Source: an uncultured Gammaproteobacteria bacterium
GTDB taxonomy: Bacteria; Patescibacteriota; Microgenomatia; UBA8517
DNA: 64,000 nucleotides
Direction: 5' to 3'
Assembly: GCA_964524515.1 (NCBI GenBank)
Contig: CAZGEA010000001.1
Location: 169,522-233,521 of the forward strand
The notes beneath the pieces were generated by a model that ran no database searches, had not been told where the DNA came from, and was given only the letters and a program-made list of their open reading frames with translations. Both the position numbers and the translations under genes were made by a program. Below, piece after piece: positions 7,909 through 16,864 of the stretch; position 1 is the stretch's first letter, and each line of letters begins with the position of its first letter.

Positions 7909-8040
7909 CTTTACTTTCCGAATTGGTATAATAAGTGCGAATGTCGGATACCAGCCGACCCACAGTCCTTCTCATTTAAACCTTCTATTTTCAGATATAA
8001 ACTAACGCTCACTTTTTTTGTTGCTTGAGTAATAATTTCG

Positions 8041-8610
8041 TTGCTTGTATACATACTAAGTATGAAAAGAATATTAAATTCAGTACTGATGAAGAAACTA
8101 ATTCCAGCTTTCGTGATTTTTTGCGTAGGAATATATGCAGGAATTTCAATTGCACGTTTTAGACCACTTCTTTTTAATTTAAATGCAATCCCCGAAGACC
8201 AAATGGAGATAATTATTCTTTCAGAAAAATTAGGAAAATTAATAAGCTTACCCACAGACGAAAAACCTATCATTGAAACAATAACAGATCTATCGCTTTT
8301 GAAGGATAAACCTTTTTTTGCCAAAGCTGAAGTTGGAGATAAAGTTTTAATTTATGAAAAATCTGCAATGGCAATACTTTATCGTCCTGCAAAAAATATA
8401 ATCATAAATACTGTATCACCAAATTATACCGAAGCAATTTTATCCATTAATTTACCCTCGCCAACGCCAACTCTAATCCCCACTCCAGTTCCGACTGCCG
8501 AACCAACTCTCGTTCCAACACCAGAACCCACCATTGAACCCACACTAATAGCCTCCCCTTCAGCTACTCTAACCACAACAGCCAGCCCTAAGCCTTCAGT
8601 AAAACCATAA
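8041..8610 (+). CDS. membrane-anchored hypothetical protein with C-terminal Pro/Thr-rich repeat linker
   Basis: N-terminal TM helix and a C-terminal PTPTLIPTPVPTAEPTLVPTPEPT repeat. The start is probably the internal ATG at 8062 (MKRIL). Overlapping minus ORFs 7911..8324 and 8424..8666 are rejected. Confidence 0.45.
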   Translation: MLVYILSMKRILNSVLMKKLIPAFVIFCVGIYAGISIARFRPLLFNLNAIPEDQMEIIILSEKLGKLISLPTDEKPIIETITDLSLLKDKPFFAKAEVGDKVLIYEKSAMAILYRPAKNIIINTVSPNYTEAILSINLPSPTPTLIPTPVPTAEPTLVPTPEPTIEPTLIASPSATLTTTASPKPSVKP

Positions 8611-8675
8611 AGTTGTTCAAATTCGAGATCTTGTTTAATGGATGCTACAATACTAATTAGGTTCAAATTAACATT

Positions 8676-9224
8676 ATGAAGTCAACTGAAAAACAGCCAT
8701 CCCCAATCACATTTGAAGCCAAACTAATCAAAATTGACTCATCAAATATTGTCAGGCTTCCCCAAGCTGCAAGTGACAAACTCCCCTCTCGTGGTATGAC
8801 AATGGTTGAAGGAACAATCAATGGTTCACCATTTGTCTCTCCATTAGAGCCTGATGGTAAAAAAAGTCATTGGTTCAAATTAGAAAAATCAAATGGAATA
8901 AAAATTGGTGAAACTTTAACTATTAAAATAAATCCAATCAAAGATTGGCCAGAGCCAATAGTTCCAAATGATATTAAAAAAGGTTTATCAAATTCTAAAG
9001 TTGCACAAAATCTATGGAATGATATTACACCAATGGCCAGATGGGATTGGATAAGATGGATAAATTCAACCAAAAACCCAGTTACCCGCAATCACAGAAT
9101 TGATGTAATGTGTTCAAAACTCAACAAAGGAAACAGAAGACCTTGTTGCTTTAATCGAACAGAATGCACTGATCCACTTCTATCAAACAAAGGTATTCTC
9201 CTCGAGAATATATCCCATAGTTGA
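8676..9224 (+). CDS. DUF1905 plus YdeI/OmpD-associated (bacteriocin-protection) family protein
   Basis: N-terminal DUF1905-like segment (MVEGTINGSPFVSPLEPDGKKSHWF) and C-terminal YdeI-like segment (ARWDWIRWINSTKNPVTRNHRI). Confidence 0.55.
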   Translation: MKSTEKQPSPITFEAKLIKIDSSNIVRLPQAASDKLPSRGMTMVEGTINGSPFVSPLEPDGKKSHWFKLEKSNGIKIGETLTIKINPIKDWPEPIVPNDIKKGLSNSKVAQNLWNDITPMARWDWIRWINSTKNPVTRNHRIDVMCSKLNKGNRRPCCFNRTECTDPLLSNKGILLENISHS

Positions 9225-9288
9225 TTTATTTAATTAATTTATTGTATAATTGACACCTAGTTATTTTATAAACTAGAAAGGGTTCAAA

Positions 9289-9543
9289 ATGGACACGTTC
9301 ATTGAAAAAGTTTCTCGCAACAAAATTCTTCGCCCAATATTCAAATTTTTCTTATGGGATATTGTCTACCATTGTGAAGTATGTGGGAAAAGGATGGATA
9401 AACTAACCTTGAATGATTTTGCACCAGTCGAGCGAGCAGAAGTAGTAAGGGAAAATGCACAATGGATGCTCAATCGCGCATTTAAATGTCGAAACGAAAG
9501 CTGCCCCGAAAGCAAAAAAGAAGGCGGTCACATGATCGGCTAA
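9289..9543 (+). CDS. small zinc-ribbon protein (CxxC...C...C), hypothetical
   Basis: ORF with an AAAGGG Shine-Dalgarno. Cysteines form CEVCGK ... CRNESC. Confidence 0.35.
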   Translation: MDTFIEKVSRNKILRPIFKFFLWDIVYHCEVCGKRMDKLTLNDFAPVERAEVVRENAQWMLNRAFKCRNESCPESKKEGGHMIG

Positions 9544-9572
9544 CAACAAATTTTTATGTAACACAATCAAAT

Positions 9573-9610
9573 GGCTCTGCCTAATAAAAAAAGCAGAGCC
9601 TTTTTCTTTT
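9573..9610 (+). terminator. Rho-independent terminator
   Basis: Perfect 8-bp stem ggctctgc / gcagagcc followed by tttttctttt. Confidence 0.6.
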
Positions 9611-9630
9611 AAACCTGTATAATTAAACGA

Positions 9631-10023
9631 ATGAATAAAGACATTCAAGCTTACAACAATATTCAAACTGGCGAAAATAAATCTATCTGCCAGTCACTAG
9701 GCAAAATTATTAATGAAAATCTTCCAAATTCAGAAAATAAAATCTGGCATGGCCATCCAGTTTGGTTTTTAGAAGGAAACCCAATCGTAGGATATGCAAA
9801 ATTAAAAGATTGCATTCAATTATTATTTTGGAGCGGTCAATCATTTGATGAGCCAAATTTAGTTAGTGAAGGCACTTTTAAGGCTGCACAGTTCCGATAT
9901 ACATCCATTGATCAAATAAACGAAAAAGATTTAATTCGTTGGCTTGAAAAATCACAAAAAATTCAATGGGACTATAAAAATATAGTCAAACGCCGTGGAA
10001 AATTAGAGAAAATTATAAAATAA
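9631..10023 (+). CDS. DUF1801 (YdhG-like) domain protein; probably leaderless
   Basis: TGTATAAT -10 box ends about 8 nt before the ATG. DUF1801-like sequence. Confidence 0.5.
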   Translation: MNKDIQAYNNIQTGENKSICQSLGKIINENLPNSENKIWHGHPVWFLEGNPIVGYAKLKDCIQLLFWSGQSFDEPNLVSEGTFKAAQFRYTSIDQINEKDLIRWLEKSQKIQWDYKNIVKRRGKLEKIIK

Positions 10024-10078
10024 ATTGATATAGAAATTCTAAATTTTATATTGTATAATCCTTATTCACTGTCTAAAA

Positions 10079-11227
10079 ATGTTAAATAACAACGATATGA
10101 CACCAGAAAGATCAAAAGATATTACAAATTTAAATGACCCACAAGTTTTAGTTTCTGACGTTCTAAAAATGCGTGAACTAAATCCAGCCAATAGAATGGC
10201 CAAGTTCTTCCCTACAGATTATTTTTTAAGCCAAACACCAGCAGTTCAAGCAGAAATCTCAAAAATTGTAATTGCAGGACTTGCAAACAACGATAGCGAA
10301 ATTGGAGCTTATGCTATGGCAACAACTGACTACGACACTTTTAGTCCAGTTTTAGATCCAATTATCCAAGATTATCATGCAGTTACCCCAGAATTTAAAT
10401 TTCAAGGAAATTGGGACATAAACGGATTAGATTTAGATTTAAAAAAGGTTGATCTTCAATTATCAGATGTTTCAATGAGAGTACGTGTTGCAAGAAATGT
10501 TTCAGGTTGGCCAATGACTGGAAGCATGTCACAAGATGATAGAGTTAATTTTGAAAATTACATGGTCGAAACAGTATTTGAAAAAATGATCTCAAATCCA
10601 AAGTATGGTGGAAGATACGTATCCCTCACTCCTGGATCAAAATATCAAATTTCAGATGATGAATATAACCAATTGGTCGCAGAACACAAAATGTACAAAG
10701 ACATGAGTGCTGATCCTCATCTTGCTGCAGCAGGAATCAGTGGTGATTGGCCATATGGAAGAGGAATGTATGTTTCAGCAGATGGTGGATCAATTGTATG
10801 GGTTAACGAAGAAGATCATTTAAGAATCATGAATATGAAAAAAGGTTCCGATCTATCAACTATTTTCAACGGACTCAGAGAAGAATTGGATTTAATCGAA
10901 TCACTTGGTGTTCCATTTGCAAGATCTGAAAAATATGGCTATGTCACAAGCTGTCCATCAAATTTAGGTACAGGAATGCGCGCAAGCTTACATTTGGCTC
11001 TTCCAAACTTAACTGAAAACGGTAAAAACACCGATAAATTAAAAAATATTTTAAAGGAAAACAAACTAAACGTATCAGTTCGCGGAATAGGTGGAGAACA
11101 CACAGCAGCTGGTGAAGGTGGAATAGTTGATATCTCACCAAGAGGTAGAATGATTCCAGAAAATCAAGTCATAACTCAGCTTTACGACGCAGCAGCAAAA
11201 CTCTTAAGTCTAGAAAAAAGCGCTTAA
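10079..11227 (+). CDS. phosphagen kinase, eukaryote-type arginine kinase family (ATP:guanidino phosphotransferase)
   Basis: Active-site CPSNLGTGMRAS, NEEDHLRIM, WPYGRGMY and C-terminal RGIGGEHT...GGIVDIS. The N-terminal small domain (GAYAMATTDYDTFSPVLDPIIQDYH) matches arthropod arginine kinase, not McsB-type bacterial kinases. Confidence 0.85.
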   Translation: MLNNNDMTPERSKDITNLNDPQVLVSDVLKMRELNPANRMAKFFPTDYFLSQTPAVQAEISKIVIAGLANNDSEIGAYAMATTDYDTFSPVLDPIIQDYHAVTPEFKFQGNWDINGLDLDLKKVDLQLSDVSMRVRVARNVSGWPMTGSMSQDDRVNFENYMVETVFEKMISNPKYGGRYVSLTPGSKYQISDDEYNQLVAEHKMYKDMSADPHLAAAGISGDWPYGRGMYVSADGGSIVWVNEEDHLRIMNMKKGSDLSTIFNGLREELDLIESLGVPFARSEKYGYVTSCPSNLGTGMRASLHLALPNLTENGKNTDKLKNILKENKLNVSVRGIGGEHTAAGEGGIVDISPRGRMIPENQVITQLYDAAAKLLSLEKSA

Positions 11228-11294
11228 TAAACTATCTTCAAAATTAAAGCCCTAACAAGTGTTTTATTTTATTACACCAGTCAGGGCCAAAAAA

Positions 11295-11675
11295 TTACCT
11301 ATCAAAAACTCCGCTTAAATCAGTAGTCCAGCCTTTCTTTTTTACAGAATCTAGTAATTTTCCAGACTTTGTATCCCACACACCAATCCAAGTATATGAT
11401 GATGCACTTCCATAATGATAAGCAGCAGCAAATTTTGTTGAGTCAGAACTAAATCCTGCAGCCTTAACATCATTTGGTGTTGAAAATTCAGCATTTGTTT
11501 TAAACGATTGTCTAGTTGTGATATCAATTACTAAATAATGAACATCGATTTGACCTCCAGTTTTTATTGCAATGAAATGCAAATTTGGGGATACTTTTGT
11601 AAATACCGCCAAAAGAACAACAATCGCGAGAATTAGAAAAAATCCCAACTGTAGAATCTTAGCAACTACACGCAT
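11295..11675 (-). CDS. membrane-anchored hypothetical protein with one beta-propeller-like blade (WDTKSGKL)
   Basis: N-terminal TM helix. No family assignable. Confidence 0.3.
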   Translation of the reverse strand: MRVVAKILQLGFFLILAIVVLLAVFTKVSPNLHFIAIKTGGQIDVHYLVIDITTRQSFKTNAEFSTPNDVKAAGFSSDSTKFAAAYHYGSASSYTWIGVWDTKSGKLLDSVKKKGWTTDLSGVFDR

Positions 11676-11734
11676 GACTCACCTCTTTAATGTACTATCG
11701 GAAAATAATTATCGAGGCTATTTTAACACAATTA

Positions 11735-13144
11735 CTACAAATTCCCTAAATCAACTTCTCGCACATCCTTTATCTTTTCATAAAAATCAGACAAATGTGA
11801 AACAAAAATAATTGCTCCTTCATATTCATTAATCGCCTTTGTAATGATCGGAATATGTCTAAAATTAATATGATTTGTTGGCTCATCAAGAATCAATAAT
11901 CCTGGTTTTTGCAAATAAAGTCTAGCATAGCACAAGAGTCCTTTTTGTCCCTCAGATAATGCTTCCACTTTTGTATTTAAAATATCAGATGTCAATAAAA
12001 ATTTTGCACCAGTTTCATATACTTCTTGATTATTTAAATTGGGAGATACTGATAATAATGATTCAAATGCAGTCTGTCCAAAATCAAGCTCTGAAAAATC
12101 CTGACTATAATATCCAACTTTTACTTTTGGATTAATGTCAGCACTTTCATTTGCAATAATCGATCGAAGTAATGTACTTTTCCCAATACCATTAGGTCCT
12201 TTTATGTGAAGCCTCATTCCTTTAACTAATTCTGTTTCAATTGGTTTTTTAATCTTTATCACATACCCCACATATTCTTGATTTGAAATTTTAAACTCAG
12301 GCAATGTTCTATCTTCACGTCTCACTTCAACAGTTTCTTCACGATCACGATCAATATCTTCTCTAATTCTACGAGCCAATTGATTCATAGCAACGCTTTT
12401 ACCTCCAAGTTTATTAATTTTTTCAAATCTATCTTTAATACTCTTTTCAATTCGTGCATTCTTTTGTCGATCACGCTCCAATTTGGCTGCAATTTCCTCC
12501 AAAACATCGAAATAATTTCCAACAAATTGTTCAACTTTTTTAGTATGAATATCCAAATTTAATACTCCATCAGTAAAACAATTTAAAAAATCTGCATCAT
12601 GGGAAATTACGATACAAGTTTTTGGATATGTTATCAAAAACGAAGTCAATTCTCCCACTCCTTCTTTATCCAAATTATTAGTAGGTTCATCCAAAAGCAA
12701 AACGTCAGGATTTGTAATGAGTGCATATGAAAGTAATAATCGAGCTTTCTGTCCGCCTGATAATTCTTTAACTTTTCGAGTTATGGGAACATTTAACTTT
12801 ACTTGGTCCATTACTTTTTTAATATCACCTTCAATGCCATATTCTTTGTCAGGCAATGCAGTTTTAAAATATTCCAAAAGTGTAAACTCTAGCTTTTCCT
12901 GAGATACCATCTGTTGAGCAATACCAATAGTCGTTCCAATCTCAAGATTAATTTTACCGCGTTGTGGTTTTAACTCTCCAAGCAATAATTTAAAAATTGT
13001 TGATTTACCTGCTCCGTTTTGGCCCATTATAGTAATAATCGAATTTCGATTAACACTAAAATTCGCCTCATCCAAAATCACTTTTGAATCAGAATAAGAA
13101 AAAGAAACATCATCAAATCGTATAATTACATTATTTTGTGGCAT
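11735..13144 (-). CDS. ABC-F family ATPase (two tandem ABC ATPase domains, no membrane domain)
   Basis: Two Walker A motifs (GQNGAGKST, GPNGIGKST), two signatures (LSGGQ, LSEGQ), two Walker B motifs (LLLDEPTN, LILDEPTN) and a charged linker. Confidence 0.8.
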   Translation of the reverse strand: MPQNNVIIRFDDVSFSYSDSKVILDEANFSVNRNSIITIMGQNGAGKSTIFKLLLGELKPQRGKINLEIGTTIGIAQQMVSQEKLEFTLLEYFKTALPDKEYGIEGDIKKVMDQVKLNVPITRKVKELSGGQKARLLLSYALITNPDVLLLDEPTNNLDKEGVGELTSFLITYPKTCIVISHDADFLNCFTDGVLNLDIHTKKVEQFVGNYFDVLEEIAAKLERDRQKNARIEKSIKDRFEKINKLGGKSVAMNQLARRIREDIDRDREETVEVRREDRTLPEFKISNQEYVGYVIKIKKPIETELVKGMRLHIKGPNGIGKSTLLRSIIANESADINPKVKVGYYSQDFSELDFGQTAFESLLSVSPNLNNQEVYETGAKFLLTSDILNTKVEALSEGQKGLLCYARLYLQKPGLLILDEPTNHINFRHIPIITKAINEYEGAIIFVSHLSDFYEKIKDVREVDLGNL

Positions 13145-13151
13145 CGAATTG

Positions 13152-14675
13152 TTATTTTAACAGGTCATAATAAAATATTCCCAACATGTTTGAAGTCTTT
13201 GCAGATTTTATATTAAATGATTTATTAACTAATCTATCTAATATTTTCTGATCATAAATTGAGACACTACTTACTACTTTTTGGTTTTCCATTTCAATTT
13301 CTGGAAATTTTCTAGTATTTACAAATTCAGTTGCACTAATTGATGCAAAAACAAAAGCAACTGAAAAAATATTTGTTAATTGCCATGAAGCAAATTTTAT
13401 TGCCAAATTTACATTTTTGTATTCGTCTTTGTATTTACTACTGTTAATTAAAACCACTAGTCTTCGATAGAAAAACACAATCAAAGCCAAAGTTCGAGTT
13501 ATCAAATTAAACATTCCATAAAATGGAAAAATGAAAACAACCCAAACGGCTTCTTTTCTGCCCATAATTAGCCAAGTAACCAACTCACAAATAAAATATA
13601 TTACATAAGTCACCGCTAAATATTCAGGATTTCTAATAAGTAGAACTAATCCTCCAACTCTAATTGGATCAAGAAGCGTAAGTAAAAATGTATTGTAAAA
13701 TGCTTCATATCTCAATCTCCATGGGATATCTCGCATTGTAAAAACTAACTTTAAATAATTTAGAAAATTTGCATAAAATCCAGGGTTCCAACCCAATACT
13801 CTTTGGGTAAATAGTACTTTGATATTTGATGGAACTTCAGTTTTAACTGTAGAATCTACAATCACAACTCCCTTTTTCATCTCAGTTAAATGTATTAAAA
13901 GTGTTCTTTGTAAATCCTCACCTGAAAATTCACCTGAATGTATTTTAGTCTGTCTAATTAGTTCATCTGTATAAAATAACCCAATTGCACCAGAAACATT
14001 TTGAACAGTTCCTGTACTATTGTGAAACATACGTCCTATGTCCATGCTTTTTCTGTACTCATGTGTTTGAAGTTCCGTTAAGTAATTTTCCTTAATTGGA
14101 AGTACTCTAAATGCAGCCGCCTCATAACCTTCATCTAATATATTAGTAGGAACAATTGCGTTCCCCAAAATAACATCATCATCCATTATTAATGTATATG
14201 GCACTTTTACAAGTTCAAGTGCTCTATTTATTGCCTCAACTTTACCAACTCCCTCTTTAATGTCTAAAACACGTACTCCATATGATTTTGCAACTTCAAC
14301 AGTATTGTCAGTTGAACCATTCGAAGAAACAATTATTGATTTTGCAGGAAACTTTTTAAGAAGTGATTTAAGTGTTTTTCCTAAAAAATCTCCTCCATTG
14401 TGACATGGAATAACTACGTTTACTTTTGACAAATCCTCAACAGACTTAATTAACCTCTTTGGAGTCAATGATTCAATTATTGTTTTAATACTATCAATAA
14501 AAAATACTGGAATAATAATTGTTAAAATATTGTTAGCACTTGAATCAGATACTGAGTTTTCAATAACTACTAAAATATACAAAACAAACAAATATAGGTT
14601 AAACCACATAAGTGATTTATCTGTAAATATTTTATTCATTCTATTACGAATTAGTGAAAGATATGAAAAATTCAT
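13152..14675 (-). CDS. membrane family-2 glycosyltransferase (cellulose/chitin-synthase-like GT-A with flanking TM segments)
   Basis: N-terminal TM helices, GT-A core (VVIPCHNGG...NGSTDNT...MDDD) and a C-terminal multi-TM region. Confidence 0.7.
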   Translation of the reverse strand: MNFSYLSLIRNRMNKIFTDKSLMWFNLYLFVLYILVVIENSVSDSSANNILTIIIPVFFIDSIKTIIESLTPKRLIKSVEDLSKVNVVIPCHNGGDFLGKTLKSLLKKFPAKSIIVSSNGSTDNTVEVAKSYGVRVLDIKEGVGKVEAINRALELVKVPYTLIMDDDVILGNAIVPTNILDEGYEAAAFRVLPIKENYLTELQTHEYRKSMDIGRMFHNSTGTVQNVSGAIGLFYTDELIRQTKIHSGEFSGEDLQRTLLIHLTEMKKGVVIVDSTVKTEVPSNIKVLFTQRVLGWNPGFYANFLNYLKLVFTMRDIPWRLRYEAFYNTFLLTLLDPIRVGGLVLLIRNPEYLAVTYVIYFICELVTWLIMGRKEAVWVVFIFPFYGMFNLITRTLALIVFFYRRLVVLINSSKYKDEYKNVNLAIKFASWQLTNIFSVAFVFASISATEFVNTRKFPEIEMENQKVVSSVSIYDQKILDRLVNKSFNIKSAKTSNMLGIFYYDLLK

Positions 14676-14700
14676 GAAGCAGCTATTATCTCAAAATATA

Positions 14701-14775
14701 TGCAAATTTGCAAACTATAAGATAAACAATCTCAAAGTAATTTGAGACCAATTGACAAATGCAACTCAGTTGCAT
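14701..14775. promoter_or_regulatory. Two perfect palindromes sharing TGCAA/TTGCA half-sites: TGCAAATTTGCA (14701-14712) and ATGCAACTCAGTTGCAT (14759-14775); candidate Zur/Fur-family operators
   Basis: The second palindrome sits between a perfect TTGACA -35 box (14752-14757) and the start of the Fur-family gene at 14786. Confidence 0.45.
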
Positions 14776-14785
14776 ACACTAAACA

Positions 14786-15205
14786 ATGAATATAATTCTG
14801 CAAAATTATTTAGATAAAATTAAATCAAAGGGGCATATAATCACACAAACAAGAAAATCTATCTTAGAGATTTTCTCCAATCACCCATCCCCTCAATCAG
14901 CATCAGACATACTAAATTCGCTTAAAAAAAATAACATATCAGTCGATAAAACAACAATTTATCGAGAATTAGAATTCTTACTAAATCAAAACCTAATTAA
15001 TGAAGTTCACTTTGATGACGGCAAAACAAGATATGAAGCAACTGACGAAAAACACCATCATCACTTAATATGTAATAGTTGTGGCAATATAAAAGATATT
15101 GATATTGAGGAATCAAATTTTTTATCAAATATTGAAAGCAAATCAAGATTTCGTGTTATAAAACACAAAATAGAATTTTTCGGATTATGTATAAACTGCC
15201 AGTAA
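14786..15205 (+). CDS. zur: Fur-family transcriptional regulator, probably Zur
   Basis: N-terminal HTH, HHHH and two CxxC pairs (CNSCG, CINCQ). Located directly upstream of a metal ABC transporter. Confidence 0.7.
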   Translation: MNIILQNYLDKIKSKGHIITQTRKSILEIFSNHPSPQSASDILNSLKKNNISVDKTTIYRELEFLLNQNLINEVHFDDGKTRYEATDEKHHHHLICNSCGNIKDIDIEESNFLSNIESKSRFRVIKHKIEFFGLCINCQ

Positions 15206-16107
15206 AAATTAAATTATCTCCAATTCCACTATTAGTTATATTTAGTATTTTTATTTTTTCTGTATTTATTTTTTTAATAACATTTACAAAAAATCAGAAT
15301 AACTCAAATAAAATTACAATAACAACATCATTCTATCCTCTTTGGGAATTTACAAATAACATTTCTGGTACAAATATTAATGTAATAAACATCACTCCAC
15401 CTGGTATTGAACCACACGACTTTGAACCAACAACAAAAGATATTGAAGATATTTTCAATTCCAAGATATTTATATACAATGGCGCAGGAATTGATAAATG
15501 GACTGACAAAATTTTAGATAAACTAAACGATCGGGGCATTGTCGTAATTAATATGACAGAAAATTTAGGAATAGGGCAAAATTCTGATCCACATTTCTGG
15601 CTCAATCCACTTCTTGCTTCAAATGCAGTTGATATTATTCAAAATGAAATCATAAAAATAGACAGTAAAAATTCAAATATTTACACAGAAAATTCTAATA
15701 AATATAAATCCCAGTTAACAAAATTACTTTCAGATTTTGACAAAAATCTCGCGTCTTGCAATAAAAAAATGATTATTACTGCACATGATGCTTTTGAATA
15801 TCTTGCAAAAAGATATAATCTAAAAGTTATATCAATTTCAGGAATAGAGCCGAATATTGACCCTTCAACTAAACAAATCGCAAATATAATTACTACTGCA
15901 AAAAATAACAAAATAAAGTATGTATTTTTTGAATCTCTTTTGTCACCAAAAATTTCTCAATCAATCGCAAACGAAATCGGTGGTGAAACATTAATGTTTG
16001 ATCCGATCGAAGGAATTTCACAAAATGATATTCAAAATGGCTCAAATTACATATCAATTCAATACAACAACTTGGACAGTTTAAAAAAAGCGCTAGAATG
16101 TAATTAG
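15187..16107 (+). CDS. znuA: metal ABC transporter substrate-binding protein (ZnuA/TroA-like)
   Basis: N-terminal TM/signal sequence and cluster-9 SBP-like sequence (HDAFEYLAKRYNL, DPHFWL). The start may be an internal ATG. Confidence 0.65.
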   Translation: MYKLPVKIKLSPIPLLVIFSIFIFSVFIFLITFTKNQNNSNKITITTSFYPLWEFTNNISGTNINVINITPPGIEPHDFEPTTKDIEDIFNSKIFIYNGAGIDKWTDKILDKLNDRGIVVINMTENLGIGQNSDPHFWLNPLLASNAVDIIQNEIIKIDSKNSNIYTENSNKYKSQLTKLLSDFDKNLASCNKKMIITAHDAFEYLAKRYNLKVISISGIEPNIDPSTKQIANIITTAKNNKIKYVFFESLLSPKISQSIANEIGGETLMFDPIEGISQNDIQNGSNYISIQYNNLDSLKKALECN

Positions 16108-16108
16108 T

Positions 16109-16864
16109 ATGAACGAAAATTTAAAAACAATAATTGAAACAAAAAATTTAAACTTCTCTTATTCTCACCACAACGTAATCGAAAACGTAAATTTCAAAAT
16201 AAATGAAGGTGACTATTTAGGTTTAATTGGACCAAACGGATCAGGTAAATCCACTTTAATTAAATTAATTCTTGGCCTTCTAAAACCAAATTCAGGTTCA
16301 ATAGAACTTTTTGGAATGCCACCAAGTCCAAATACAAAAAAATACATTAGCTACATTGCCCAAAAAAGAGTTGAGAAGGATAACGATTTACCAATTAATG
16401 TATACGAAGTAGCACTTACTGGGAGAGTCGCACAAAAAGGATTATTAAGAGGTTTCGGAAAGGATGATTTTCAAGCAGTCAATTCTGCTCTTTCTCAAGT
16501 AGAAATGTCTAAATTTAAAAATTATAAAATGTCAGATTTATCAGGTGGAATGAAGCAAAGAGTTTTGATAGCTCGTGCTATCGCATCAGAATCAAAATTA
16601 TTAATTTTAGATGAACCAACAGTTGGCATTGATACAAAATCTCAAGATGAATTTTATAGTTTACTTTCTGATCTAAATAAAAACAAAAGAATTACAATAT
16701 TAATTGTCTCCCATGATATTGATGTAATAGCAAATGAAGTAAATGTTTTATCATGTATCAATAAAACAATGATTTATCACGGTGCTCCTAAAAAATTTAT
16801 AAAGGGTGAATATGTTGATAAATTATTAGGGAAAAATAGAAAATTTATAATCCATGATCACTAA
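16109..16864 (+). CDS. znuC: metal ABC transporter ATP-binding protein
   Basis: Walker A GPNGSGKST, signature LSGGMKQR and Walker B LILDEPT. Confidence 0.8.
   Translation: MNENLKTIIETKNLNFSYSHHNVIENVNFKINEGDYLGLIGPNGSGKSTLIKLILGLLKPNSGSIELFGMPPSPNTKKYISYIAQKRVEKDNDLPINVYEVALTGRVAQKGLLRGFGKDDFQAVNSALSQVEMSKFKNYKMSDLSGGMKQRVLIARAIASESKLLILDEPTVGIDTKSQDEFYSLLSDLNKNKRITILIVSHDIDVIANEVNVLSCINKTMIYHGAPKKFIKGEYVDKLLGKNRKFIIHDH

Noticed and set aside
7911-8324. Minus-strand 137-aa ORF
   Set aside because: It overlaps the better-supported plus-strand membrane protein (8041-8610) and has low-complexity sequence.
8424-8666. Minus-strand 80-aa Gly/Val-rich ORF, and nucleotide-level near-tandem repeats at 8455-8600
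   Set aside because: It is the antisense of the Pro/Thr-rich linker. The repeats are coding PT repeats, not a CRISPR array (no regular spacers).
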